NCBI GenBank assembly: GCA_021613535.1
Contig: CP075494.1
Coordinates: 12,586,001 to 12,650,000, forward strand
Direction of reading: 5' to 3'
Origin: Adineta vaga
Taxonomy: Eukaryota > Animalia > Rotifera
Length of the DNA: 64,000 bases
The translations under genes were made by a program, and so were the position numbers. This document shows, in pieces, positions 11,938-25,640 of the stretch. How positions within the stretch are numbered: position 1 is the first letter of the stretch; each line of letters starts with the position of its first letter. The notes beneath the pieces are model-generated. The model did not search any database, was not told where the DNA came from, and saw nothing but the letters and a program-made list of their open reading frames with translations.

Positions 11938-12113
11938 ATCTACAAGAGTTAATTATAACATACAATATATATTCTTGAGCACCTCTAGATTTATACATAT
12001 AAAGGACAAAAAAAAATAATAATTATGAAAAGAAAGTGATCTTAATGAAATCTACATAGACAAACAGAATGAAGCAGAAAAAGAAAATATATTTTTTCTT
12101 TTTTGCTTGTGCA

Positions 12114-13654
12114 TTAATCGCTGTCATCATAAGATCCATCATCATCATCAGCCATATCAGCCATTTGATCATCATCATCCTAAATTAAAACAGATTGTAT
12201 TTTTCTTTCTTGGTATAGAATAACAGTAAACTTACATCAATGCCTAAATCAACATCATCTTCATGGGATAATAATGCACTATAAGCAGATTTCTTTCCAT
12301 TTTTACCATTATTTAATCCAAGTGCACCAGCACGTGATGGTGCAACATAATCATCGAGTGTTTTCGGAATTGTAATACCTTCTTGTTCGGCAACTAGTCG
12401 TGATTCGCTCACTTGTTTTTTAATGATAGTTTCATATTCATTATCTTTATTTTCTTTAAATTTTCGATACATAACACTGAAAAACAGAATAGGAAATGCT
12501 CGAAAGAAATTTAAAAAACAAGTGATTTTTTTTTACCTAGCATCGACATTTGCAGGTGAAGAACAATTAGGTTCATTTAATAAACTAATTATTGACATAA
12601 GAATTGTTCGAACATTTTGGGTTGGATTCCAACGTTCACTTGGATGTTCACCTGATTGAGGATCTTCTGTGGGTGGATGAAGAATTGATATGCATACTTC
12701 ACCATTTCTAAATTTTCAAAAACAATATTTCTAGTTTGATGTAAAAATTATATTTTTTTTGAAAAGAAACGTACTCATAAATATTTGGATGCCACATTTT
12801 TGTAAGAAAACGTACCTATCATATAGAATAAACAAATTATTTATCGAATGATATTACAAATCTTCTAGGTGTTTTTCTAAATAGTGAAATTTGATGAATG
12901 AAAATGAACGTGCTTTTCTGATATGCTCATCCTGTAGTGACAATGCGAACAATACATTAATTCATCATCATCGGAGACTCATGCAGATTCTCTCTATAAC
13001 TTTTTACAAGCCTTCTAATTTAATTAGAAGAGAAAAAAAACACTGATAAAGCTACAATCACATTCTGCTGGATCAAAGTATTACTACTGAAAATGAATTA
13101 CCGATCGAAATAGATGAATATATGTATACTTATGACCTAGACTTAATAACAACAAAAAACCTTGATCGTTTGCAAGTACATCGATAAAATACTAACATAG
13201 ATGAGATGCTGTACCAAATGAAAAAAAAAAGTACGCTTATTAGCTATTCGAAGTATGATGAACTAAAGCGTTTTTGATAATGACTACACTAATTAATTAG
13301 TTAATTTTATATACTTTTGGTGGAGCAAACGGATAAGTAGTTGGAAATTCCATATCAGCTTTGAAATAACCACCTTCATATAAAGTATCTGGAGGTCCAA
13401 ATATTCCCACTAGAATATAAAAAAAACATAGTAAACATCTAATTAGACAATCGAAAATGATTTTTTTTCTTACCATGCCATTTGTACAAATTTGAATCAT
13501 CTTCAAGTTTAACCGTAAAACCTTCTACTGGTTCTTTTTGTAATTTCGCATATTCAAGTTGAAGTGCTTTAATTGATGGTGAATTCGATGATCTTGACGA
13601 TGTATAATGTGATGTTGAAGTTGTTAAACCCGACATTTGTCTTGTTTGACTCAT
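12114..13654 (-). CDS. UBE2R2: Ubiquitin-conjugating enzyme E2 R (Cdc34)
   Basis: [64 protein letters not shown]; acidic tail. Confidence 0.93.
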
Positions 13655-13933
13655 AATGAATTCGTTAAATTTTTCTGATGAATTTTTAGAAACTTAAAAT
13701 CATCAGCAAATTTGAACAAATCAAATAAATGACCCACAACGATACGACGAAGAACAAGAAATAAACACAGATCGGACGGACGAACACACAATTAGATAGA
13801 GGAGAATGCACCAATCAGAACAATATCTAACATAGATGTCATTTCATTTTGCAGGTAATTCTTTGTTTTCCGTCGTATTAAAAGTTTATTTTTTTATTTG
13901 ATTACAAAAAAAGAAGAGAAAATAAATAGTGAC

Positions 13934-14888
13934 ATGTTCACTTTTGATGATAATTCACTATTCAAAATAGTTGCTTGGTTTCTTCATTATCCTTTTTATC
14001 TCTATGCATTTATTATCAAATTCTTCCTTAATAAAACACCTAATGTCTCTATTCATGCACCACAACAACCAAGAGTTATTGTGATTACAGGAGCTTCACA
14101 GGGTTTGTTGAAAAGTTCTATTAGATATTATTGCATATACAAAAAATTTTATATATTCAGGTATTGGAGAAGGTCTTGTAGAATATTATTATAAAAATTG
14201 TCCATCATGTGAAATAATTGTAATGATCAGTCGAAGTAAAGAAAAACTTGAAAAAGTCAAAGAGCGTTTTGATAGCAATTCAAAAAAGAAATTAGTAATT
14301 TATTCTTGCGATGTTACGAATTCTGAAGAAATAAAAAGTATTCTGTCGGATGTTCATCGAACATATGGTCAAGTCGATATTCTTTTTGCTAATGCCGGTG
14401 TTTCTTTTCGACAACTTGCATTAACGAATTCATTGGATAAAGCAATTCGAGATGTAGTTGATATCAATGTCACGGGTGCCATCAATACAATTATGCCATT
14501 AATTGAATTGAAAGCTGTCAGACAAATCGCTATTGTTTCATCTCAAGCTGCTTACGCACCAGTAATGTCTCCAATTTATGGTGCTACAAAACAATGTGTA
14601 CTTTCAATAGGTCGGGATCTTCGACATATGCTAGCGAAAGATAATATTGCTGTTAATATTATTTCACCAGGACCTGTACGAACTCCAATGCTTCTTGGTA
14701 CAAATTCAACTTCAGCGTCATACGGTATTTCCGTTGATGAAGCTGTCCGAATTATTTATCATGGTCTTCGTCGAAATCAAGCAGAAATTGTTTTTCCAGC
14801 ATCTACTGGTATTTTCATATATATATTAAGTTTTTTGCCATTATGTATTGCTGAAACGATTGCATTTCATATCTTACTCAAGCGATAG
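13934..14888 (+). CDS. Short-chain dehydrogenase/reductase with N-terminal hydrophobic anchor
   Basis: ITGASQGIG across intron ~14103-14160, ANAG, catalytic YGATK, ISPGPV.T. Confidence 0.9.
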
Positions 14889-15165
14889 ATTTTTACGTTA
14901 GAATAAATATATTTTCATTGCAAAAAAAGTTATGATCTGTATTTATTATGTTTTTATGTACATATCAAGAAGCAGCACTAGCAAAAAAAAAACGACACAC
15001 AAAATTCTGACTAGTATCAAATATATATGTGTGTGTGTGTGTACATATAGATAAGAAAAAAAAACAAAAATATCATTGTAAGAGATCTAATTATGAATTC
15101 TTTTTTTCCCGTTAGATCATTCAGATCTATTGAACAGAAACTACTACTTAACTATTTGAAGAAAA

Positions 15166-16046
15166 CTACTCATTAAGCCAAGGAAAGGCATCGATTATAT
15201 CTTTACGACGTTCGCCATAATCGTAAAAAAGTTCTTCATCAACTTCAATGTCACGTAATGCAACCAAAACAAGACGCGGTTGATCTCGTATAACGAAAAC
15301 TTTCGGTTGACAGTTGCTGTTCTTTCGACTATGATTTATCAGACGACCTAAAAATGAAAACAAATATGATTTAGATAACCATCTTAAATCGAATATATGA
15401 AGTGGCAGTCTTTTCTTTTTCCTTCTGTTATTTAGTTTTATACTAACCAAGTCGATTTGTTTCTTCGGTTGCATCAACACAAAAAACTTTTTCACCCCAT
15501 TTGAAATAGTACATATAACAGCCAATCTTATGATTTCGTCCATATAAATTTTCTCGATGTTTAGCTTCATTCTGCGTTAATAATTCTCCAGCATATTCCA
15601 CAATATAATCATTACGATAAAATTTTCTCATTGTAAACACACCACGTCCTTTGATCGTTCCCGTATCGCGTGCTTCAATACCATCTTCAGATTGACTTTC
15701 AATAAATGAATCAAATGATGTTGCCGATTTGTATTTTGTTATCCCAATACGTTGACTTCGACGTAAACTGGATAAAATCTCTTCATTTAAAAGTTTTTTT
15801 GCTAAGATTAACGATTTTTCACTAAACACAAGGAAAATTTAATCAATATTGAAGAACAAAAACTGATGATTTTCTGTCTTACTTATCTGTTGTTGTTGTT
15901 GTTGTTGTCGATGGTAGAATATCATTTTCAGGTATTGATATATCAGGTGCAAAAAGAAATTGGCCTTTTAATACTCCTTTACGTAATCGATCAGGTTTAA
16001 CATTAGCAGCTGATTGAAAACGTTTTGCTGGTCGGACGGGTATCAT
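15166..16046 (-). CDS. KMT5A: H4K20 monomethyltransferase PR-Set7/SETD8
   Basis: KGRGV..EYAGEL..GCYMYYF..CVDATEET.RLGRLINHSR..GEEL-like EELFYDYG..FPWL; 3 exons. Confidence 0.92.
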
Positions 16047-17700
16047 CTAGAAAAAGAAGAATTTGAAACAATTAAACATGCTTGTTACTTATGTAAATAT
16101 TTATTCTTATTTAATTCATGATTTTTATTTACATAGAAAGATTTGAGCTCAGCGTGGTTAGGTAATCGTAATTCGTAATAGAAATAGAAGGCCTTTTTTT
16201 TGACACAAAGAAACATTCTGTCCAATTGGTTTACTTTCGACCATTGAGTAATTCGTCAATAGAGGTCGGCTATCATCACTGACAATGCCGTCTTGAACTC
16301 AAATTGAAGTGGAATAAGATTAAAATATTAGTCTCGAACAGGCTCATGCTAAATATATATATTATGTATGTTCAATCAGATTGTCCATAGGTTATTTAGA
16401 ATATTCCTACTATTTGTCATTCTTTGTCTTTTAATCTTAAAACAATTGTGCTAATCGTTTCCTGTATGTACTACTTTTTCTCTCTAAACCGCTTTTTTCG
16501 CTTTCTATTCAACAATTGAAAAATATATCAAAGATGTATAGAGTAATCTTCGCAATAAAATCATTATTCTGGCGTTTGTGATTTTGGTATATCATTAACA
16601 AACATAGGTTAACATGAAAGCAATTATAATATGATTTGTAGTTCATCATTATTTATAGTTCTATTTTTTCGAAAAGAAAAATTTTTTTCTACTTTTTTTG
16701 GTTCGTTTGACAATAGTCGTTATCACATTCTATTTCTATTACTCTTCTCTTCCAAACATTTCTTTACTGACTTTGTCTAATTTATCTGATTGCCTGTTCC
16801 AACTTTCTCCACCTCTTCCACACACACACACACACATCTATTTACAAATTAAAACTCAGCATGCTAACTAAATAGTCATTGTTTCATTGCATTAATAATC
16901 AAAATATACATAGAAGTAGATTGCTTTTGGTGCCATACGGTTCCTCTCACATAATAATTAGTATGTGAAAGAGACGACAACGACGACGTTTTGTTTCTAA
17001 CTTGCCCACCCCTCATCAACATTCGATTTTCACACGTTTATCTAATAGGATTGAAACATGCAAGACTGAACGCATGCATTCTTATTCATTGTCTATTGGT
17101 ATATATAACGAAGAAGAAAAACTTATAGTACAGAGAAAAAATAGGAAAAACTTCTCATCTTTGAACATTTGTCATATGTCTTCATTAATAATCAATCTAT
17201 TTTCGATAAGTAATGATGATAATGATGATGAGCAAACTAGCGTAGTAATTATCATCCATTAGAAAGTCGATAGATTTCGATCGGACAGAAAAAAAGAAAG
17301 AACGACTTAACAATCATTATGCTGTACTCAGATTGAAAGCATGCCTAGAGGCAAATGAATGGACAAGGAGTCACTTGTCATCTGGTCGCCAGAGAGAAAA
17401 TAGGTAATGGCATTCAATTCATCTGCTCATTGCTCTTTTCTATCTCCTGAACACGACTGATTAGTGTTATGTTCACTTTTCTCTTTCTCTTGAATATATC
17501 ATAAGTCACATTTTATAATTATCAATGACATAGAGGCTTACAGATGTTCAACCATATTGAAATATGATCTCTGTTCAATGTTGAATTCTTTTTTTTGTAA
17601 AAAGAAAAAGATTCAGCCATTGAAAATCACATCTACTTTGTTTAGATCTTCAATTTGATTAAATCAATCTTTACATCTTTTATTTAAGACAAAAAAAGAA

Positions 17701-17777
17701 AGAGAGAGATAGAGAGAGAGAGACGTTCGAGAGTGTTAATGGAGGTTGATAATAATGATGATGATGATGATGATGAT
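17701..17777. repeat. (GA)n and (GAT)n microsatellites upstream of Islet
   Basis: Direct tandem repeats. Confidence 0.85.
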
Positions 17778-18919
17778 CAGAGTACCCCGAAGCTTTCAAA
17801 CTACTAGCACTTTTCAAACACACGTCGAGTACAATGTTCGACGACGTGCAGCCTTAAGGCAATGAGATGAAAGCTGCTCTCTTCTTTATAGCTCTGTCTT
17901 TCTTTCCAGATGTAAAGGCGGAGCCGCCATCCTATCGCGCTCATTTTGCAGATTCAAAATATTCGCTCGACTAAATGTAATCCAAACAATGATACGCTTG
18001 TTTAAATCTATAAACATTTTTTCAAGAAATAAAGATGCTGTCAATTAATTCTTCGATCTTATTTTTTTTGTTCATCAACGGCGAAAGAGAGAGAAAGAAA
18101 GAAAGAAAGAGAAAAAAGGAATGTCCAGCATTCTCGCATTTTCTTTCTTTCTTTCATTTGTCAATGTTTTCTTTTTCTAGACAAGGTGTAAAACTAACAT
18201 TGACCATATGTCATCTAATGCGACTATCAATAATGAAAGAGAACTTTTAAGAGAGTAGATTTTGTTTAGATATACTCTCGTCTAAATGAAATAATTGCTT
18301 TTTCAATTCTCATTCAAAGATAATAGCTCAACATCTATCTTAATACTGTATATCGAACTAATCGCACGACTACACTATGTATATATCGAAGTTAAAATCC
18401 ATTTGAAGGATAAACATAGTTGTCTCTTGTCAAATTGACCTCAATCATTCACGTCTTTCAGATTAAACGTGATAGTTAATGTACGACAGAAGACGAAGAA
18501 AAAAAAATCTCTCTATCGCTCTTCTTCTCTTTCTTTCATTCATATTCATCGCTTGGCTGCCTGCATAAAGAAAAAAGTGTTTATCTATATTTGCTCTTTA
18601 GAACAATCTACCAATGAGAAAATGGTCCGCTCAACCAACAGGAAACGGGCAAAGAAAAATAATAATAATAACCACTCTCCTCCTCTTTTTGCAAATGTCT
18701 GCGAGCGCAGTACGAGAAAAGTAGGAGAAGAAGAAAAAGCGTCAAGAAAAATCGTCTTTTCCTTTCCTTTTCCATTCTTCGTTGTTTTATTATGCAAAAA
18801 AGAAACTAACGCACATTCAGTCATATAGATTTACCTTGTCGGTGATTCATATATATATATATTAAGAGAGAATAGATCACAGACTTGCACTCTATACTTT
18901 ACCCCAGATAATCAACATA

Positions 18920-20917
18920 ATGAAAAATAGTCTAAAATTATCTCGTTATTTACCACATCATTATCCCGATAATATTTACAATGATTATCCAGGTAAAAAA
19001 GAAAGAAAAATAAAGATAAAAAGTATTCTACATATTCTTTTTTCTTTTCATTTAGAAACGAAGTATCCATCGATATGTGCTGGTGGTTATGTGCTGGTTG
19101 TAATTGTCAAATTTATGATCAATATTTGTTAAAAGTTGCTCCTGATCTTGAATGGCATACACAATGTTTGAAATGTTATGAATGTGGACAATATCTGGAT
19201 GAGACTCGAACATGTTTTGTTCTCGATGGAAAAACTTTTTGCAAATTTGATTATATACGGTAAGTTACATTCACTAAACTAAACTAGCGAATGAATTATT
19301 TACTTGACTGATTTGACTTTCTGTATTCTCGCTTGAACAGCTTGCATTCGAATGAATAGAAGAGACAAAGCCATAGAGTCAGCATGCCGAGATTTCACTT
19401 AGCAGAATTAATTCCATTGATAAACATGCAATTATTCTTGATTCTTTGTTTTTCATTAGATTATTTGTTTCAAAATGTGCCAAATGTCATCAATCGTTTT
19501 CTAAAAATGATTTATTTATTCGAACAACATTCTATCGAAGATTTCATACGAATTGTTTTCGTTGTGATCATTGTGATCGTTTGCTATCATCAGGTGATGA
19601 ATATTATATTCATCGACAGAATGAAATTTTATGTCGACAACATTTTCAACAATTGGCATTGAACGAAACAAGTAGTACAGAATCAAAATCTTCCTGTTCA
19701 GAATCTCTTGGTGGACCAACAGCAGGTAAGAAACGTATGCCGTGCATACACACTGGCATCCGCTCGGATGTGACTATGGCGCGAAGGAAGGAATCGACGG
19801 CATGCTTTCCAAGACGGAAGTCAGATCAGTCTGGGCGCTCTCTTTTCACGCTATACATGACGATTACTAATCAGTCAATACCGTTTTTGTTTCTTTCAAA
19901 CCGGATACAGTCAATAAATGCATGTGTCGATTGATAAGAGATATTTGCAATCTTCAAGATCAGAGAGCAACAAAGAAAAGAGAGAGAGAGAGAGACAATA
20001 ATCAAATTTTTGTTTTTTGAAGTAAATCGTTTTGATAGCATAGTGATAGTTCTAAATGTCTGTTTGTCTATTGGGAATTAAAGTCAAAATCAATTTGAAA
20101 ACACTTTTACTTCGTATGACAAGATGAATTTGTTCTAAACAATTGATTTTAATTATTTTAGCGATAAACAATAATATTCCGTTACGTCCACCGCCAACAT
20201 CATCATCTTCATCGACAGCATCAAGTTCGTCAAATCAAATAACAGTAGGCTCATGTGGTTCAAAATCAACTAATAATGGAAATAATATTCGTAAAGACAA
20301 AACAACACGAATGCGTACTGTACTCAATGAAAAACAATTATTAACACTACGTACATGTTATAGTGCAAATCCTCGACCGGATGCACTAATGAAAGAACAA
20401 CTTGTTGAAATGACTCAATTATCACCACGTGTTATTCGAGTTTGGTTTCAAAATAAACGTATGTAAAAGATTATTTAGTCATTATATTCATTCCTAAGTT
20501 ATATTTTGTTCTTTTTTAGGATGTAAGGATAAAAAGAAAAGTATCTTAGCTAAACAAACACAAGAACAACAAAAGGTTCTCTCAAGTCTTAATCATGGAA
20601 TACCATTAGTAGCCTCATCACCTATTCCAAATGATATAAATCTTGGCTTAGGACCATCTTCACTTGTTGAAGTACAATATCATCCCGGTGGTCCATGGAA
20701 AACTTATAATGAAAGTTATCCATCATATACAAATGATTATAATCCACATCATCATCTTCCACATAATTTACAACGTCATCCAAATTTTCATGATAGTGTT
20801 CTAAATGGTTTTGCATCGGAAGATGATAGCAATTGTTTTGATGCTTCACAATTCAGTGAAGAACGTAGCGAGAATAGTTGTGATGGAAGTGCAAATGGTC
20901 AACTGACTCTCTTGTAA
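18920..20917 (+). CDS. ISL: LIM-homeodomain transcription factor Islet
   Basis: LIM1 [23 protein letters not shown]2, homeodomain [56 protein letters not shown]; exons 18920-18992, 19056-19259, 19460-19724, 20162-20458, 20520-20917; start ambiguous (see findings). Confidence 0.95.
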
Positions 20918-22930
20918 TTTTCTTTTTTTTTTCTTTTTTGTTTCTCTGTCATTAAATTCATTTTTCGAATATTGAATCAACAATAACATACGTAATTTAA
21001 ATAATAGTCTTACATATCAATTTGTTTTTATAGTCAGTTAGAAGTCGACATTTATAACGAAAGAAAATAGAATAATCAATGATTAGATCAAATCATGTGT
21101 CAATAGGCGAACACACCTTATCTATTATATCGATGTATATACCCATCTTCATTGTCACCATTCAATCCATTAACACTTCGCACGAAAAAACACAACACTA
21201 CCTTGATCAACATTAGGAAGTGTTGATCAAGTTGCAAACTTTTTCTTGCGTCTTCGATCACACATCTAATGTGGCATAGATCAAAGAATCTTGTATTGAA
21301 AGCAGAAAATTGAAAAACAAAACGAGATCGAGACAATATGGAAACGTTTATTATCTGCCGACAAAGTCATTCAATAAACATCCATAGGAACTCTGATTGA
21401 TGTCATTATATCCATACGTCGGCATTGATTTCTATTATTCAGAGAAAAAGAAAATCGCTTTATACATATCTCTTCTTCTTCTTCTTCTTCCAGTTGTACC
21501 TATTGAGAAATATATTTTTTTCCAAATGAATTAATTTAATTAAATTGTTTACACCTATTCTATTTCTGTGACTTCCTTATCATGAATGAAGCCACCCATA
21601 GTGCAGCACAAATGCATAGATTAGACTTTGTGGTATACTGCCAGATGTCTATTCGTTCTGTTTACATTCACAGTTTCAACAGTTTATATTTGAGTGTATT
21701 CGATACTTATTTGTTTGTGTGTTTATTCTCTACTTATGGATATATGTGCTGATTCTGAGTGATTTAAACTTGTTTAATAGAATAATATAAGCGTTTTTCT
21801 CTTTTTTTTCGAATAATATTAGTCTTTAGAAGAGACAGTTTGATTGTTGTTTTTTGAAATCCATTATCGTGATAAATGCATCTGTTATTCGACTGAACAA
21901 GGTTTCTTTTACACATGCAAAGAAGACTTATCGAGAACAAAAACATTTCGATAAAACACTAGGTGTTCCTTTTTTCTCTTTCTTCATTTCTATAAATAAT
22001 CCAAGATGAATTGATAAGAACCTATATCGATATAGTCGCACATATGAACATTAACAACTTGAATAGATTAGAAGGATAATAAACATCAATGTTTTTCTCT
22101 GTAATTATTTCCATCAATCGGTTACATGGAGAATATTTTAAAGAAAAACTAGAATACACACAACAATGCGTTTAAAAGTTAATTTAATTGAGTACTGACT
22201 TTTCCATGTTTAGCATAGACTTACAAATGAGAACTCAATTGAAATGTATCAAAAAAAATCTTGTATAAGTTTAATATTGACTTGACTTATGAAGACTATT
22301 GGGAAAATAAAGAAGCTATTCAATATAAGATCTTTAGTAAAAATGATGTTGTTTTTAGGTGCTATGCAGAGGATTTGAATTGAAAGTAGATCTGTATCAA
22401 TATTTAACGACGTTTGGTTCTTGAAAAATTGTAAAAATCTACGATTTTTCTTGGCAATTTTGTTATATATCTAAGTTTTCATAAAATTGGTAGAGAATAT
22501 CATATTATCATAATATACGGTCTGGAAAAAAATAGTGCTTTCATATGTATGAAGCTCTGATACTTAATACTACAAAGAAATTAGTTAAACGATTTATCAT
22601 TGATGAAGCTGTAGTAAGATAAGAGAATAAGAAGAGTATATGTATTATATCGTATCGTGCTGTTTCGTCTTTGATCATAATTGTAATGCTTTGTGTTTGT
22701 CTTGAAAAATATCGGTACCAATTCGTATTATCGTTAATGAATTAATTCATGTGTTAATAGAAAAATCTAATTATGCTTACTGAAAAGTATAGATGTCGGT
22801 TCTAGTCGACTTTATTTCATATAAGATTGTCACTTTAATGATGAAGGTAATTTATGAATCACTAGGTATACTTTTGAGTGCAAAGTATATAGATAATATT
22901 TGAAACATTCTTTCAACTAGTATAACAAAA

Positions 22931-24151
22931 ATGTGGTCATATATAGAAGTTAATTTGAAAACTTTATTTCTATTAATACCATCTACTATTGCATTAACTG
23001 GATTATTATGGAGAATCATGAAACGATATCCTTCAACAATAATTATGCAACCAACAAGTGAAAATCGATTTCTAATTAATCAATGTCCATCATTTAATGA
23101 ATACCGTCCAACACCTTGGATATTTAATGGACATTTAATGACGATTCTTGGTGTTCTCGTTCGTCCACTACTTTCCATGTCATTTGAACGTATTCTTTTA
23201 CCAGTCGATAATACTGGTGGAACGATTGCAATTGATTGGCATTCTCGACCACATCTCCATCAACCAATTCTACTCATACTACATGGATTAACCGGTGGTT
23301 CTGATAATGAATATATTCGTTGGATGATTTTCTATGCTAGTTCAAAATTTAATTTATGTTGTGTTGTCATTCATGCACGTGGATGTGGTCGATCAAAACT
23401 AACATCACCCACATCATTTAATGCTTCGGTGACTGATCATGTACGTGCATCATTAAAATATATTCGTGTTTGTGTTGGAAATGAAACGCCAATCTTTGCT
23501 GTTGGTTACTCATTAGGTGCTGGTATTCTAACAAAATTTCTCGGCGAAGAAGGTGATCATTGTTCATTACAAGGTGCAATTGTCTGTTGTGCAAGTTTTG
23601 ATATGCATTTATCTGCAAATAATCTAGAACAATGGTTAAATATGCATGTATATAATCGTCGTTTAACAAATAATCTAATTCGATATTTACGACAACATGA
23701 AGAACATTTTTCTCAACAAAATTCAAAAGCTAATTTGAATCTTCAGACAGCTTATCGATCAAGAACAGTACGAGAATTCGATAGAAATGTTATTATTCCA
23801 ATACATGGCTTTCGTGATGTCGACCATTATTACACAGAAGCATCATCACATAAATGGATTAAATATATTCGTATTTCAACATTGATCTTAAGTGCAATGG
23901 ATGATCCAATATGTCCTATTGACGGTTTACCATATGAAGATATTCAAAAGAATTCGTATATTATTGCAATCAAAACTTTAGAAGGTGGTCATGTTAGTTA
24001 TTTACAAGGTTGGTGGCCAAAATCTTTCTCATATGATAATATTGTAGTTGGTGATTATATTCAAGCAAGACTCAAACAGATGAATTATCAGTGGTCAAAA
24101 GAAGTTGGTGAACAAATGAAAATTGATATCAGTATCTTAGAACAGCAATAA
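22931..24151 (+). CDS. ABHD1/2/3 (YheT-like) alpha/beta hydrolase
   Basis: NGHLMTI, ILHGLTGGS, ARGCG, nucleophile GYSLG, DDPIC, GGH; N-terminal TM; intronless. Confidence 0.9.
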   Translation: MWSYIEVNLKTLFLLIPSTIALTGLLWRIMKRYPSTIIMQPTSENRFLINQCPSFNEYRPTPWIFNGHLMTILGVLVRPLLSMSFERILLPVDNTGGTIAIDWHSRPHLHQPILLILHGLTGGSDNEYIRWMIFYASSKFNLCCVVIHARGCGRSKLTSPTSFNASVTDHVRASLKYIRVCVGNETPIFAVGYSLGAGILTKFLGEEGDHCSLQGAIVCCASFDMHLSANNLEQWLNMHVYNRRLTNNLIRYLRQHEEHFSQQNSKANLNLQTAYRSRTVREFDRNVIIPIHGFRDVDHYYTEASSHKWIKYIRISTLILSAMDDPICPIDGLPYEDIQKNSYIIAIKTLEGGHVSYLQGWWPKSFSYDNIVVGDYIQARLKQMNYQWSKEVGEQMKIDISILEQQ

Positions 24152-24305
24152 TCCTTGTTTTGCTTTGTCAAAATGTATTTTTAGGAAAATTATGACAATA
24201 ATAAATAAATAAAAGAGCAGATATGTGGAAAGCATATATGTGTAATTTATACAAAATAACAGTTTTCCTTAAGCTGTTGAGAGGTATATAGAAAACGTGC
24301 ATGAT

Positions 24306-25043
24306 TTATAAGCAACTCTCAGTATCATCTGTTGAAAGTGCAATACTGAGAGGTTTTCGAACGCCGATTTCACGGTTCATCAATTCTTTGATATATATAT
24401 TTTCAGATGACCGCTGAGAAGGAAGATTATTCGTTTCTGCTAATGATGTATTTTCATTCAGAGTTTTCAATAATCTTTCACAAAGAAGTGGAATAGTATC
24501 GAAGTCAAATTCCGGTAAAGTCTCAGTATCTGTTGTTTCTGTATCAGCATCTGCTGCTATCATATGTTGAGAAACACTTGAAATCCATGAGCCGCTTGCA
24601 CAAATCTGAGGCGGATTTAGTGTTGTATAGTCATCGAGGGAACTAGTTGAACTCAATTGAACTGTACTACAATTTGAAATAGTTGACATATTGATTAACA
24701 TAGATTCATCCGCGATTTTGAACCAATTTTCTTGTATATCAGTGCGTAAATCTAATTGAGATGTAGAACGATTCTTAACAATAGATTGCGATTGTTCAAC
24801 TCCACGTTTTGATTTTTGTTTTCGTTTGACAATTGTACGAATAATAATTGATAAGAAGAAGAGAACAAAAGGCACACAAATCATTACAACTAGAAGTTTA
24901 TAACTCATGAAAAAAGATATCGGTGTTGACGATTCATTGATTGAGGAAATTTGTTTTGATGGAAGAGGAATCTCTGTAGTCCTTGTGCGATTTCGTTGTT
25001 TACTCAAACGTCTATTACTTGCTAATAATGACACACTTTTCAT
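24306..25043 (-). CDS. Hypothetical single-pass membrane protein
   Basis: 245-aa ORF; TM segment LLVVMICVPFVLFFLSIII followed by basic stop-transfer residues. Confidence 0.6.
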   Translation of the reverse strand: MKSVSLLASNRRLSKQRNRTRTTEIPLPSKQISSINESSTPISFFMSYKLLVVMICVPFVLFFLSIIIRTIVKRKQKSKRGVEQSQSIVKNRSTSQLDLRTDIQENWFKIADESMLINMSTISNCSTVQLSSTSSLDDYTTLNPPQICASGSWISSVSQHMIAADADTETTDTETLPEFDFDTIPLLCERLLKTLNENTSLAETNNLPSQRSSENIYIKELMNREIGVRKPLSIALSTDDTESCL

Positions 25044-25640
25044 CTTCGCCGAGTTCTATATCTATCTGAAAGAGAACTATAACATATTTAAACAAATACA
25101 GAAGTTTATTATAATAAACTAATACATTATTATAGAAAAATTCAAGTAAAACTAACGATGAATAGAGAATTAATACATCTTATTTTCAACTAAAATCGAT
25201 TCCATTCGACAAAGATATTTCACGCTTACTTCATAAACGAACAATAAAGAAATTCTTGATATTCACACAATGAAGATAACAAACGAATTCATATTTTAAA
25301 ATACAGGTAAAATAAATGACAATGAAAAATGTTTTTATAGCAATACTAAAATTTTATCATCATTCTCAAATACAGACAGACATAATAGATATGGGAAAAA
25401 AAACAATTGAGTAAGAGTTTTTTCCCCTGAATATATTCTTCTCCTTTATTCCCTTCTATTCTGGATAATATTTTGTATGATAAGAAAGAATTAGACTTTA
25501 AATATAAGAATGTTTTCTTAAGATATTGATATTATTTTTTTTATTGTGATACTACAAAAAGAAACCAACACACACGTACATTTACGTATAACAAAAGATT
25601 ATTTAAAATGATATAACAAACTAAATGATAAAACGTTGAT

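Noticed and set aside
13675-13706. CTGATGA...GAAAC hammerhead-like core
   Set aside because: No stem II closing pair or stem III/cleavage triplet; it is a simple CTGATGA/TCATCAG inverted repeat
19731-19825. Scattered resemblance to U11 snRNA (TGYCGTG..CACAC..GGAATCGAC..CGGAAG)
   Set aside because: No 5' AAAAAGGGC splice-site-binding end and no Sm site at the expected position
19725-19934. Read-through C-terminus of ORF 19446-19934
   Set aside because: A strong donor at 19725 joins in frame to the homeodomain exon; the extension is intronic
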